Part shown: positions 10,980 through 21,272 of the stretch, piece by piece | Layout of the letters: every line of letters starts with the position of its first letter | How positions within the stretch are numbered: the stretch's first letter is position 1 | Assembly: GCF_027921745.1 (NCBI RefSeq) | Contig: NC_079238.1 | Location: 3,162,001-3,226,000, forward strand | Reading direction: 5' to 3' | Source: Schizosaccharomyces osmophilus | Taxonomy: Eukaryota | DNA length: 64,000 nt | Notes under the pieces: generated by a model | What the model saw: the letters and a program-made list of their open reading frames with translations, nothing else | What the model was told of the DNA's origin: nothing | Databases searched by the model: none | Translations under genes and position numbers: made by a program

Positions 10980-11622
10980 GAACTCTACCTGCTACTACCA
11001 TATAGGGTATGCGACACACGCATTGATATAATACCTATAGTAAGATATTAATAATGTGAACACCAATTCGACTAGCGTTCTTTAGTAAATAAATAAATAA
11101 AACAAAAGACAGAGCAGAGCATTCCTTTTATATAGAATTTAGCCTAGGAAACCAAAAATCTCCCTTATTTTTATAATTAAAGTCTTAACGTAATGGATGT
11201 CTATACTTATTAGACTTCCTATAAAGTTGGGATGGATCGCAAGATGTAAATTTAGCATACATATCTATACAAATAGAGTAAAAGTCAAACGACTTATCTC
11301 ATTGATCACCACCAACAATGCTTTGCTTGTTCTTTCTATTAAAGATCCACAGGAAAAGTTCAGCTTCATAACATAATTAACAACATTTATCGAGTTCTTT
11401 TCATATATTAATTATTCTTAAATTAGTAATAAATTTAAATAATCAGTTCATTAATCTTCATCAAATTTCAAAAACATCAATAATACCACAGTTCAGCTAT
11501 TTACAATTCGTACCGCCTTTCTGCTAGCAGATTAGTTTCGGTCACTCCTACTTAGCAAAGGGATTCATAGTTTAAAACATTATGGTCGTTTCGTCCACAT
11601 ATTAGCTAGACTCACATAACGT

Positions 11623-14493
11623 CTATTTGTCGGGATTATTGGGTTTCATAAGCTTATTAAAACGAGGCTTATCATTTTGTTTGAGAAGCAATTCCGAATT
11701 TGTAGCATTTTTACGAATCTTCAAATCTCTAAATGCTTTGAGCCACACTTCATGAATTGCTTTGGATCGAGCAGCTATTTTTACGGGCTTTTCATCCGTT
11801 AGTACTATAATGCTTCGATTATATACAACATCAGGATCCTCCAAATAACTCTCAGAAACAGTATCAAATCCAATTATTTTAACTGATTTTATCTCAGTTC
11901 TTTTATTGATTCCAATGAAAGGATTGATTTTAGACCAGTACAATCGTTCCTGGTAGGGATGGATCCATGCGTATCGTAGATGCATTGGCTTTGTAAAGAA
12001 TTTTGCAAACTTGTTACGTTTATATTTGAAAATATAGTCACCAATCATAACATGCGCCAGTTGTTCACTTATACCTTGCAAGAAGTCTAGAGATTTGTCT
12101 TGCTCTTTAGCTCCTTTACGCAAAGGAATCACGGAAACCGCGCCCATCTTACCTGTGAAACGAGTTTCACTATCCCGCACAACCTGTTTATCCTTCCTTT
12201 GATTGCTTGCCATTCTTTGATAAGGTTCACCATTATCAGATTGGGAAGAAGCAGTTTCTCCTTTCTCTGAGAGAGAAAACATGGAAGGAGCCGGAGAAGC
12301 TTTTAAAAACCATGACGGCATACCATAATTTCTTCTTCTAAGTTGATTAGTATCTTCGATAATTGCCGGAGAATACGGGGTCTCTTCAGAATTACTGATG
12401 ACTTCAGGGATAGACTGAGCAAAACTAAAGCTTCGACGGGGTAAAACAAGACTTCTGGACCTAGAAAGGCGTTGCACACTATTATTAGACATCAACTTGC
12501 TCCATTGATCCCAGTCATAATCCCTGGAGGGTCTTGTTTTGGGATAGACGGTCCTTCCGTTAATCGAGCATTGAATGCTCTTATCTTTTGAAACACTCAA
12601 AGATCTTCGTGGCACAGCAGTATTTAAACGAATGTTGTGAGGTTCGTCTTTAGATGCTTCATATAACGTCAAACTTCGACGAGTGATCGGATAACGGCTC
12701 GAAAAGCTGGAGGATCTTCTCTTTAAAAAATAATCTTTTTTGTACGTGTTACTGTCATGTGAAAGTAAGGAAGCAGTACTTTTTGTACTGGCTAATTCCA
12801 CTCCATTGTCTTCACTCGAACGGTTGTTCTGGATTCTAGGTTTCTGAGCCTCAATAGAAACGGCGTTAGTATTATCGTCCTTGTTCAATTCTGTATCAAA
12901 ACTTCCTAAACGAAATGATACAGGACTTCTAACGGTTTTAGCAGTTTCATTGTCCGCCTCCCGTCGATACTCGGAGTGTTCCTTGTTAGTTGAAGAATAA
13001 ATATTTTTAATGCTTTCGGAAGTTTCAGGAGCATCAAGTCGTACACCAGTTAATGTTTCAACTGCTATCCTATTTTTCTGATCATTTTCACTAATTATTA
13101 ATAAAGGAACTAAAGGTTTGACGGTAGTTTCATGTTTCAACTCGCTCATTTCATTAGCGTCCTTTGAAGGGGGTTTCCCTGTTTGCTCTGGTAAAGTTTC
13201 AGTTTGCTGGTGGGTTATACCAGCGTTGGTTATCTGTCCACTCTGTTTAGAAATATCAACACCTGTCGCATCAATGCTCAAACGTAGATTGTGGGAAACT
13301 GATAGACCCGGAATTTGTTTGATGCTCCAGTCATTTGCAACAGCTTCTTGAAATTGGTGCGTTGTTAACAGGAAATGAACACACTGATCTTCAAGGAAAC
13401 TTGAATTTCTTAATTTCAAAGATAATTCTTCCAGGTTTCTACGACCAAAATTCAGCAATGAGCCCTTTTCAGGTAGATTGAGCTGATCCATCACTTCGCT
13501 GTCTTCAGTATCGATCCGCTTCTCGATTCCTGTATCTTGGGTACCGATGGGCTTTAAAGCGACGTCAGAAACGGAACTCTTAGATGACATCAGTGAAGAA
13601 GAGCTAGAGGAACACTCAGAAGCTTTAGTGGAAGACGCTATATTTTCTGCTTCATTGAGAGTCTTTTGAAAACTTGGATTGCTTTCGAAAAACACATCCG
13701 AAACATCTCCTAACTTAGCTTTACTACCAGAATCTTCGTTGAATGATTCAACTTCATTTCCATTTTGCAAATCTTCAGTCTTACTTAGCAAACACTGTAG
13801 CTGACCGAAAGATAAGCGAAGGCTAGAAAGCTCTGTGGCAAGTTTTTCTTTTTCGTCAATATGTATTTTCAGCATAGAATCAGAATGAGCGAGTTTTTCA
13901 GTGAGGATTTGTGCATTCTGTTCTAGGGCTTGATGATCAGTCTTCATATTTGACCTTTCGACTGTATAGATCTTAAATTTATCGTTTAGAGAATCCAATT
14001 GAGATAGTAATTCACCATTTTCTTTCAAAACTTTTTGAAACTCAATATCTTTTTCTTTGAAACGGAAGTGAAGGGTTTTAAGCTGCTGAAGAATATTTTG
14101 CCCGATAGTAGCAGCATACTGTGTATTTGTTTCAGCACGCGTAGGTTGGTCATAGGGGAACGCGTTTTGGATCACTTTATCGTTGTTTAACTTTGAAGAG
14201 GATATACCGTATGACTTTGAGTTTAGTAATTGTACTAGTTTCGCCTCTTCAACTACTAAACTGTTCTCAAGCTCTTGTAATTGAGTTCGTATTTCAAGCA
14301 CCTTTTCGTGGTCGTGATCTGAATAATTTTCTTTCACAGATTTTTGAGCCTGCTTTATTTCATTTTCTACGGCAGCTTTCTCTTGTAAGAAAGATTCTCC
14401 TAGCAAGCCGGCATAAACAAGCCTGTCTTTGACATTTTCAAGCTTTATAAAAAGGCTCTTCTGTTTCATATCTTCCTTGCTTTCTCCTTCCAT
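11623..14493 (-). CDS. mcp5: Meiotic cortical dynein anchor Mcp5/Num1, 956 aa
   Basis: N-terminal coiled coil, Ser-rich middle, C-terminal PH domain (IGDYIFKY...HLRYAWIHPY...LYWS...HEVWLKAF) typical of Num1; syntenic position. Confidence 0.88.
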   Translation of the reverse strand: MEGESKEDMKQKSLFIKLENVKDRLVYAGLLGESFLQEKAAVENEIKQAQKSVKENYSDHDHEKVLEIRTQLQELENSLVVEEAKLVQLLNSKSYGISSSKLNNDKVIQNAFPYDQPTRAETNTQYAATIGQNILQQLKTLHFRFKEKDIEFQKVLKENGELLSQLDSLNDKFKIYTVERSNMKTDHQALEQNAQILTEKLAHSDSMLKIHIDEKEKLATELSSLRLSFGQLQCLLSKTEDLQNGNEVESFNEDSGSKAKLGDVSDVFFESNPSFQKTLNEAENIASSTKASECSSSSSSLMSSKSSVSDVALKPIGTQDTGIEKRIDTEDSEVMDQLNLPEKGSLLNFGRRNLEELSLKLRNSSFLEDQCVHFLLTTHQFQEAVANDWSIKQIPGLSVSHNLRLSIDATGVDISKQSGQITNAGITHQQTETLPEQTGKPPSKDANEMSELKHETTVKPLVPLLIISENDQKNRIAVETLTGVRLDAPETSESIKNIYSSTNKEHSEYRREADNETAKTVRSPVSFRLGSFDTELNKDDNTNAVSIEAQKPRIQNNRSSEDNGVELASTKSTASLLSHDSNTYKKDYFLKRRSSSFSSRYPITRRSLTLYEASKDEPHNIRLNTAVPRRSLSVSKDKSIQCSINGRTVYPKTRPSRDYDWDQWSKLMSNNSVQRLSRSRSLVLPRRSFSFAQSIPEVISNSEETPYSPAIIEDTNQLRRRNYGMPSWFLKASPAPSMFSLSEKGETASSQSDNGEPYQRMASNQRKDKQVVRDSETRFTGKMGAVSVIPLRKGAKEQDKSLDFLQGISEQLAHVMIGDYIFKYKRNKFAKFFTKPMHLRYAWIHPYQERLYWSKINPFIGINKRTEIKSVKIIGFDTVSESYLEDPDVVYNRSIIVLTDEKPVKIAARSKAIHEVWLKAFRDLKIRKNATNSELLLKQNDKPRFNKLMKPNNPDK
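12935..13201 (-). promoter_or_regulatory. Cluster of eight TNAAAC (Mmi1 DSR-like) hexamers in the mcp5 coding sequence
   Basis: Plus-strand GTTTNA starting at 12935, 12944, 13022, 13055, 13116, 13127, 13134 and 13196; mcp5 is a known Mmi1 target in S. pombe. Confidence 0.6.
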
Positions 14494-15100
14494 CTTTGCT
14501 TTTGGTCATTTACAGTATACGTTCTTGTCAATTGCTCCTCATCTCGTTGAAACGCTTGTATTCCTAAAACACGTCGCGTCATAAACAGCATTTACCTTAT
14601 AAACATACAGTGAGCCTTTATAAAAAAAACAATTGTAAGAGTTAATATTTTTAGCAATCTCGCGCCTGTTCAACAACTTTAACCAATCCCTTAAACATTA
14701 CAAACTCGTGGATTTGCTAACGCGCAACCGCGATTCACTTACAATCCCATTCTTGTAAACAAATCAAAAAGGTGCCAGTGTTAAGCACCCATTCAAGTTT
14801 TTTTTATTTATTTTTTATTTTTTTCATATACAAAAAGTCTGTCCAAGTTTTCTTTGTTCCTTGAGAATGGAGTACAATTTCTCTGGTATAAGCGCAACTC
14901 CCTGGTTTGTAACTACAGCGTGTTATATAGCTTTAATGAATCTGTTTACTACTTCGTAAACTCAAGTAATGTACTGCGTTCTGGCTTGCAAAATAAAACT
15001 CACCACCACAGATGTAGTACTTGAACATAGCACATGGACAACAGGCAGTGTATGCCTTAGTTTAAGAAGTTTTGCTTTTTGTTATAGTTGTAGACTTAGC

Positions 15101-17665
15101 ATGGGTTTTAAGAAAGGAAATGGAGAACTTGAAAAAGATTATTTTGAAAATATGAATGAAGATGAATTAGAAGGCGCCATTACATCTGCATTACAACATG
15201 TTGAAGTCCCTCCTATTCCTCGTCGTGTCAAAGTTTACGAAATGGAGAATGATAACTGGGCAGATTGTGGAACTGGTTACTGCAATGGTTTAATAGAAGA
15301 TTCACTTGCATATTTCGTTGTATATTCTGAATCCGATAACGAAACCATACTTTTAAAGACACAAATCGTTGCAGAAGATATATATACCCGTCAAGAAGAA
15401 ACTCTAATAGTATGGCAAGAATTAAATGGCACAGATCTTGCTCTCAGTTTCCAAGAATCTATCGGCTGCATCGACATGTGGATGTTCCTCACAAATGTTC
15501 AGAAAGCCATTTGCTCAGTAACTGGAAATTTTTCAAACGACGATATTTTAACAGATGATGGTACTGCACATGAAAAGTACTTTCAATCTGTTAGTTTACC
15601 CTCACCCGAGTTATCGAATCTTCCTGAAATTGAGGAAACTGTTTTTGGCTTTATGAATTCCGTCCAAACCAGAGATCATCTTGTGCGCTATTTATCCAAT
15701 GAAGATTATGTCGCAAGACTTATTGAACTCTTTCCGTTATGCGAAGATCTTGAAAACACAGATGATTTACATCGATTATGCTCTATTATTAAATGCTTTG
15801 GTAAGGACAGGCTGAACTATTGTCTTCGTTTACTAACATGTTTTTACCAAGTCCAACTAAATGACGCTCCATTACTTGAATCCCTTGTTTCTAATGATGA
15901 AAAACTAATGACCATTGCTGGAATCTTGGAATGTGAGTTAAAGCTTCTTCTCTTATCATTTATACACTAACCATTAGATGATCCCGAGTTTCCTAATATT
16001 AAGGCGAACCATCGCGAGTATTTGACTGATACCTCTAAATTCAAACAAGTCGTTCCTATTCGAGAACCCCGTATCCTTTCTAAGATCCACCAGACTTTTA
16101 AACTGCAATATATAAGAGATGTCATAGTATCAAGGATTGTTGACGAGCCCTCCTTTTCCGTTTTAAATTCTTTTATTTTCTTCAACCAAGCAGATATAAT
16201 CCAATACCTCCAAACTAATAAGTGCTTTTTGCTTGAACTCTTTAGTATATATACAAATGATGCCCATGATGATGAGAAAAAACAAGAAGGAATCTTTTTT
16301 ATACAGCAGGTCTGTAATATCGCAAAGAGCTTACAATTCCAATCCTGTTCAGCGTTATTCGTGACTTTTGTGAAGTATAATTTACTTCAGGCTCTGGAAT
16401 ACGCGATGTCAAGTCCGAAAAATAAAGTACGAAATGCTGGATCTGATGTTTTAGTTTCCATTATCGATCAGGACCCTGCGATTATATGGCAAAAATTTGA
16501 TCAAGATCGTAAGGATGACTCAACTTCATCTTCTTCTGCACGAATTTCACAACATTCTTTATTATCTACTTTGATAAACATACTCCACAAGGAAACAAAC
16601 CCAGGAGTCCTTGCTCAAATTGCAGAAGCATTTCGTATTTTGCTAAGTCTTCCTGGGAACTACGCATTCAGTAATCCTTATCGAAATGCTGATGGAGCAA
16701 GTCGAAGTAAAGCTGATAGTATTGTCGGTCTTAACTTCATTGATAATTTTTACGATAATTCATTTGCATACTTAGCTGACCCACTTTTAAAACTTACAAA
16801 GCCTGAGGATGTTAGTGAAACCAAGCTGGATCTATATGTGCTTTTATGTGAGCTTTTCAGTTACTTTTTTAAAATCCACGAGCAATGGACCCGGCAGTTG
16901 GGTACCTATAAAGTGATAGCATCTAAAATCGCCTTTTTGCTTACCAGCAATAAAAAATATGTTGTTTTAAGCGCTCTTCGGTTTTTCCGTTCATGTCTAG
17001 CAGCCCGCCAAGCTGATATGTCTTCTATCATGTTGGAGCATGATATCTTTGGTAAAATTTTGGAGCTAATGATTCAGGTAAAGTTTGAAAGGGGTCTGCT
17101 TAATTCAGCAACTCTTGAGTTTTTTGAATATATACGATCTGACGGCTCGGAAGCGATCCTTAATCATTTGAACAAGCAATATCATGCTCAATTGGAATCT
17201 CTATCAGATTTCAGTACGTTTTCTGAATTACTGCAACTGGTAGATAATTTAAGTTCCGGTTCTGAAAGCTTTAAGAGCGTTAGTACGCATGATCCTACTG
17301 ATTTAGACTTTGAAAATACAAGAAAAAATGAAAATGGGGAAACATTACCACCTGAAAAGCCATCTGCTCGGAAAGTTAATACCGTCAAGTCTTCCGACGA
17401 CAAAGATGATACTGAGAATAAACTGGATGTTCCCAACTTTTCAAATGATTCGCCAGACAGTAGTCGCCAGTCTATTCTTGAAGATCGTTACTTCTTGGAG
17501 TCCGCTATGCTTAATACAGAATCTAATAATACTTCAGAGGTTAGCTTAAACCGCCTTCAAAATTCCAAGAGGAAATCCGAGTTAAACTTGGAAAACATTG
17601 GAGAGGACGAAGAATCTCCAAAAAAGAGGGTTGCTTATGAAAATGAAAACATTGAAGGATCATAA
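15101..17665 (+). CDS. psy2: PP4 phosphatase regulatory subunit Psy2 (PP4R3/SMEK), 3 exons, 822 aa
   Basis: EVH1-like RRVKVYE...W.DCGTG and SMK-1 region (LEYDPEFP, KIHQTFKLQYIRDV). Introns 15801-15851 and 15933-15977 (GT..CTAAC..AG) restore one frame. Confidence 0.93.
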
Positions 17666-18014
17666 GCGTTTGTTTTATAGAAATCTGATTACTATTTATA
17701 AGGGTTATTAAATCAATTTAATTCTTTATACCATTGAAAAAAAAACTTAACTTAAACTTGATCTTAAATGTTACCATAGTTCCTCAATGACGAAAATGAA
17801 ACCTCCGAATGTTTTGAGTTGTTTAGCATGAATGAGTGTTTATCTTAATGAAGCGGCTGAAGACAATTGAAAAGAGACTTTTAAAAGGCATTTGAAAAAG
17901 TATATTTGTGTGCAGGAAACATTTATTATAGAGCGCGTTAATTATGAAACAATATTCGGATAAGTACAAAAAGGAGTAACCAAAGAACGAAAAAGAAACC
18001 GATTAAATCAAGTC

Positions 18015-19391
18015 TTAGGATGACATTTCACTAAGAATATAGGGAATAATAACTAGTGAAGCTTGCACGAAAATAAGCACAGACTCCAAAGCTCGGATAG
18101 GCATAAGCATGGCTGGACCATTGGTGAAGATATATTGATAAATACTATAGGCGCAGACAGCATAAAAATGGAGGAGTAAATGAGAAGGACTATGATCCAA
18201 ACCTCCAAGCAAACGAACAGGACCTTCGGTGCAACTTCCACCGCGAATGAAGTAATCGATGCAACCGTCTTCTAAAGCTTTCATATAACGGTTTTTAGGA
18301 GAGAAAAGCTTGTAAAGGGCGATGGAAAGGACGTTGATGACAAAGCTGTAGCCTTTACGCTTCCAATGAAGCTTATTAGTTTGCGAAATTACATTATCAT
18401 AATCGTACAGATCAGGGACAACATTAGGAGCAATGAAACGAGAAAGTAAATGAGCATCGTGAAGGCAGACAGTCATACCACCGCCGGTTAAAGGATGGCG
18501 CATATTATTAGAGTCACCAACAAGAATTAAGCCCTTGGTGCGATTGATGGAAGGAGGCAAGAACTGATTGGGCATAGAGCGAAGTCGATCATTATGGACG
18601 GCAGCCTTGAGGGAAGGGCGAAGAGACTCGGGCATTCGTGGAACACACTTATCTAAAACGTATTCTTTGAGGATGTCGCCAGAAGGAAGATTTTTGCCAG
18701 GGTAGTTGATAAGGATACGAGCTTCATTATGGGAAATCGGATAGATGACCATAGGAGCGACATCGCTAAGGATGACATGACCACGACCAGGGACGGGAAA
18801 ATCTGGGTTTGTGAGGATGAGGCCAAGGAAATGATCTGTAATTTGAATAGGATGATCAACAAAGCTCTTACGGAACTTGGAAAAGCAACCATCACAAACT
18901 AGAGTCAATGGAGCTTTGTAATGGAGGAGAGAAGAATCTGGTTTTCTTGTAGCGGCGACTCCGCGAATTATCTCGCCGGAATCATCACGCATGAGCTCGT
19001 TGACAGTGGCTTCGACAACCGTAACGTTTGGGGTATTTATGAGAGCCTTGCGCAAGTTCATGACAAATCGGCCGTAATGAAACCCAATCCCACGGTAGTC
19101 AGAGCCGTCGGGCTTTTCGGGATAAGGAACAGCGACATTGATCCCCTTATGGAAGATTTGGTAACCAGAGGTGAATTGACCGTCGATACCCTGAATACAA
19201 TCCTCAATGCCAATTTTCTCGAGGGCTTCAATACCACCTGGTTGAAGCAATTCACCGACAATTCGGTCAGGCTCCGACATGTCACGTTCAAGAACGAGGA
19301 CCTTTCGACCTTGACGACCCAAAGCAGCGCCCAAAGCGCAACCGGTGATACCGGCACCTACGATAATGATATCAGCATCATCGGAAGACAT
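18015..19391 (-). CDS. erg1: Squalene epoxidase Erg1, 458 aa
   Basis: FAD-binding IIVGAGITG, EPDRIVGELLQPGG, CDGCFSKFR, GDSNNMRHPLTGGGMTV; hydrophobic C-terminus. Confidence 0.97.
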   Translation of the reverse strand: MSSDDADIIIVGAGITGCALGAALGRQGRKVLVLERDMSEPDRIVGELLQPGGIEALEKIGIEDCIQGIDGQFTSGYQIFHKGINVAVPYPEKPDGSDYRGIGFHYGRFVMNLRKALINTPNVTVVEATVNELMRDDSGEIIRGVAATRKPDSSLLHYKAPLTLVCDGCFSKFRKSFVDHPIQITDHFLGLILTNPDFPVPGRGHVILSDVAPMVIYPISHNEARILINYPGKNLPSGDILKEYVLDKCVPRMPESLRPSLKAAVHNDRLRSMPNQFLPPSINRTKGLILVGDSNNMRHPLTGGGMTVCLHDAHLLSRFIAPNVVPDLYDYDNVISQTNKLHWKRKGYSFVINVLSIALYKLFSPKNRYMKALEDGCIDYFIRGGSCTEGPVRLLGGLDHSPSHLLLHFYAVCAYSIYQYIFTNGPAMLMPIRALESVLIFVQASLVIIPYILSEMSS

Positions 19392-20089
19392 GGTGTTGGA
19401 AAAAAAAGAAAAGAAAAGAAAAGAGAGGAAAGAGTGAATGTAAGGTCCAGAAATGTGTCAAAGAAAAACAAGAATGCAATGCAAGTCAGAAACCAGGAAA
19501 TTACCAATGTCTACAAAACAATAAAACAGTAAAACAGTAAAAAAAAAAAGATAAAGAAAAAGGCAAAGTTGAAGAGTCAAGACACGGACAAGAGAATCAA
19601 CAAATTCAATGTGGGAAAGGGACAAACAAAAAGTGACACACAGAGGTGTTGTTCCCTTTGGAGGAAAGGAAAATAAGGTGAAGGATGACCGGGAAGCTTA
19701 AAGCATTTAGTGAAAAAAACCGTACGATGAATAAGAAACTCAAGGAGGCGGAGCGAAACCCTAGCGTGTGGAAACAGAGCCGTCTGGTTGGCGGTTGTAG
19801 CAAGGATGAGACATGCTCTGTCGCCCGTGGATTTTATAGGTGAACGAGGAGAATAACAGGGTTAGGGTTGGTCGGAAATAACGATGATTGAAGGAGAAAA
19901 AAAAAGCAGACCATACAAGGAGGGGAGGAAAAAATAAGCTATCCAATCATAAAAGGCGTAGATGGGCAGATTTCGCAAGGATAAGGAGGGAGAGGGAACG
20001 ATGCAAAACCCGAATACGGACGAACGGTACGATGGGGTAGTAAACAAAGCGATGAACAGAGAAGGAGGGAGGGTAAACATGATTTGGAT

Positions 20090-20152
20090 GGTTGACGGTT
20101 TGAGGTTTGAGGTTTGAGGTTTGGGGTTTATGGTTTATGGTTGATGGTTGAT
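20090..20152. repeat. Nine-unit degenerate 7-bp tandem repeat (GGTTGAC, GGTTTGA x3, GGTTTGG, GGTTTAT x2, GGTTGAT x2)
   Basis: Read directly from sequence; 7-nt periodicity throughout. Confidence 0.92.
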
Positions 20153-20231
20153 GGTACTCATTGAAGAAGCCATCGTAAAAAGCTTCTAGGTAAAGCTCGT
20201 TTTGCTGCGACACGAATCGGTAGGCAATAGC

Positions 20232-20333
20232 GTCCAAGAAAGAAGAGAAACCCCAAGGAGCTGCTGGGGTTTCTTTTGCGTCTTGGACAGAGCACCAAGG
20301 GGACTGACCCTCCCACATTGGATTCAGCCTTGG
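20232..20333. other. Two adjacent inverted repeats (predicted tandem hairpins) upstream of erg1
   Basis: Arms 20232-20255 and 20265-20288 are complementary at 20 of 24 positions with a 9-nt loop; then CCAAGG(GGA)CTGA 20295-20307 pairs with TCAGCCTTGG 20324-20333. Confidence 0.75.
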
Positions 20334-20809
20334 TAGTGGGAGTTATGACCAGTGGGGGCGGAGAACGCGATGGGGGTAAGTGGGTATTTCGAGAGTAAGA
20401 AGGGTAATGCAAGGCAAAGAGTAGAGAGAGAGACAGTGGTAGGAGAGATCGATGACTCTTGTAAAGTGTAGCCACAAGGAGAAAAACACGGCAAAGCTAA
20501 CAAGAAAAACGAGTTGATGAAAAAAAGTTTTCTTTTTGCAACCAATTCCTCTTTTGCTTGACAATCGACGGTTGTTTTTGCTCCCACTTGCTTCGTCTCT
20601 CATAGTGCACAACCTTTCCACGAAGTAAGCTCCAATTGTTTTTGCTCTTTCATTCACTTTGATGTAGCAGCCGCCTGATGTAGCATTTTTGCTACACCTT
20701 GTTATATTTTGCATCCTATGTCATTCTCGCTGTTGTCATAATTTGTATTTGCAAAATTCCATTCTAAAAAAAGGTTGTGGCTTGTTGTTTATTGCGAAAC
20801 AGTCGCTCA

Positions 20810-20819
20810 TTTTTTTTTT

Positions 20820-20854
<35 letters not shown>

Positions 20855-20866
20855 GGCTTTTTTTTT
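20810..20866. repeat. Poly-T / (GT)7 / poly-T microsatellite in the erg1-pmp3 divergent intergenic region
   Basis: Seen directly. Confidence 0.9.
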
Positions 20867-21272
20867 GTTTACTAATTCATTTATCTTAAATTTCTCTGCT
20901 TCTTACAGCAGGATTTTTCACCACTGCACATCCGTCAGCCTCGCACCTCGAGCTTCTCGTCTCTTCATCGTTTTTCTTTTTCGTTTGTTTACGTCTGCAT
21001 GGCTGGTCTTTTGTTGTTTATTTCTGTGCCTCTAAGCACTCATTTTTCATCATTAATTATCTCAAGCACGATGACATCATAATGTTCTTGTTCTGATGAA
21101 AACGGCGCTCACCTACACTACGTCTTTACCAAAGAACCAGCATTTATATATAAGTTAGTTTGCTGCAATATACGTTCCTACTACGTTTCTTACTCTGTTT
21201 CAGAAAACAAGGATTTCCTTTTTATACAACACTTTTCTTTCTCAAGGTTTCTCAAATTTTTAAAAATTCACT

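Noticed and set aside
14969..15100. N-terminal extension of the psy2 ORF (MYCVLACK...)
   Set aside because: Cys-rich, UTR-like; ATG 15101 has better context and protein-like sequence follows.
18921..19532. 203-aa plus-strand ORF antisense to erg1
   Set aside because: Shadow ORF from erg1 codon bias running into an A-rich tract; no motif.
20090..20152. Interstitial telomere interpretation of the GGTTT-based array
   Set aside because: Lacks the GGTTAC core of fission-yeast telomere repeats.
19606..21035. Many 60-123 aa ORFs between erg1 and pmp3
   Set aside because: Low-complexity Phe/Ser/Pro translations of skewed DNA, mostly non-ATG starts, overlapping in all frames.
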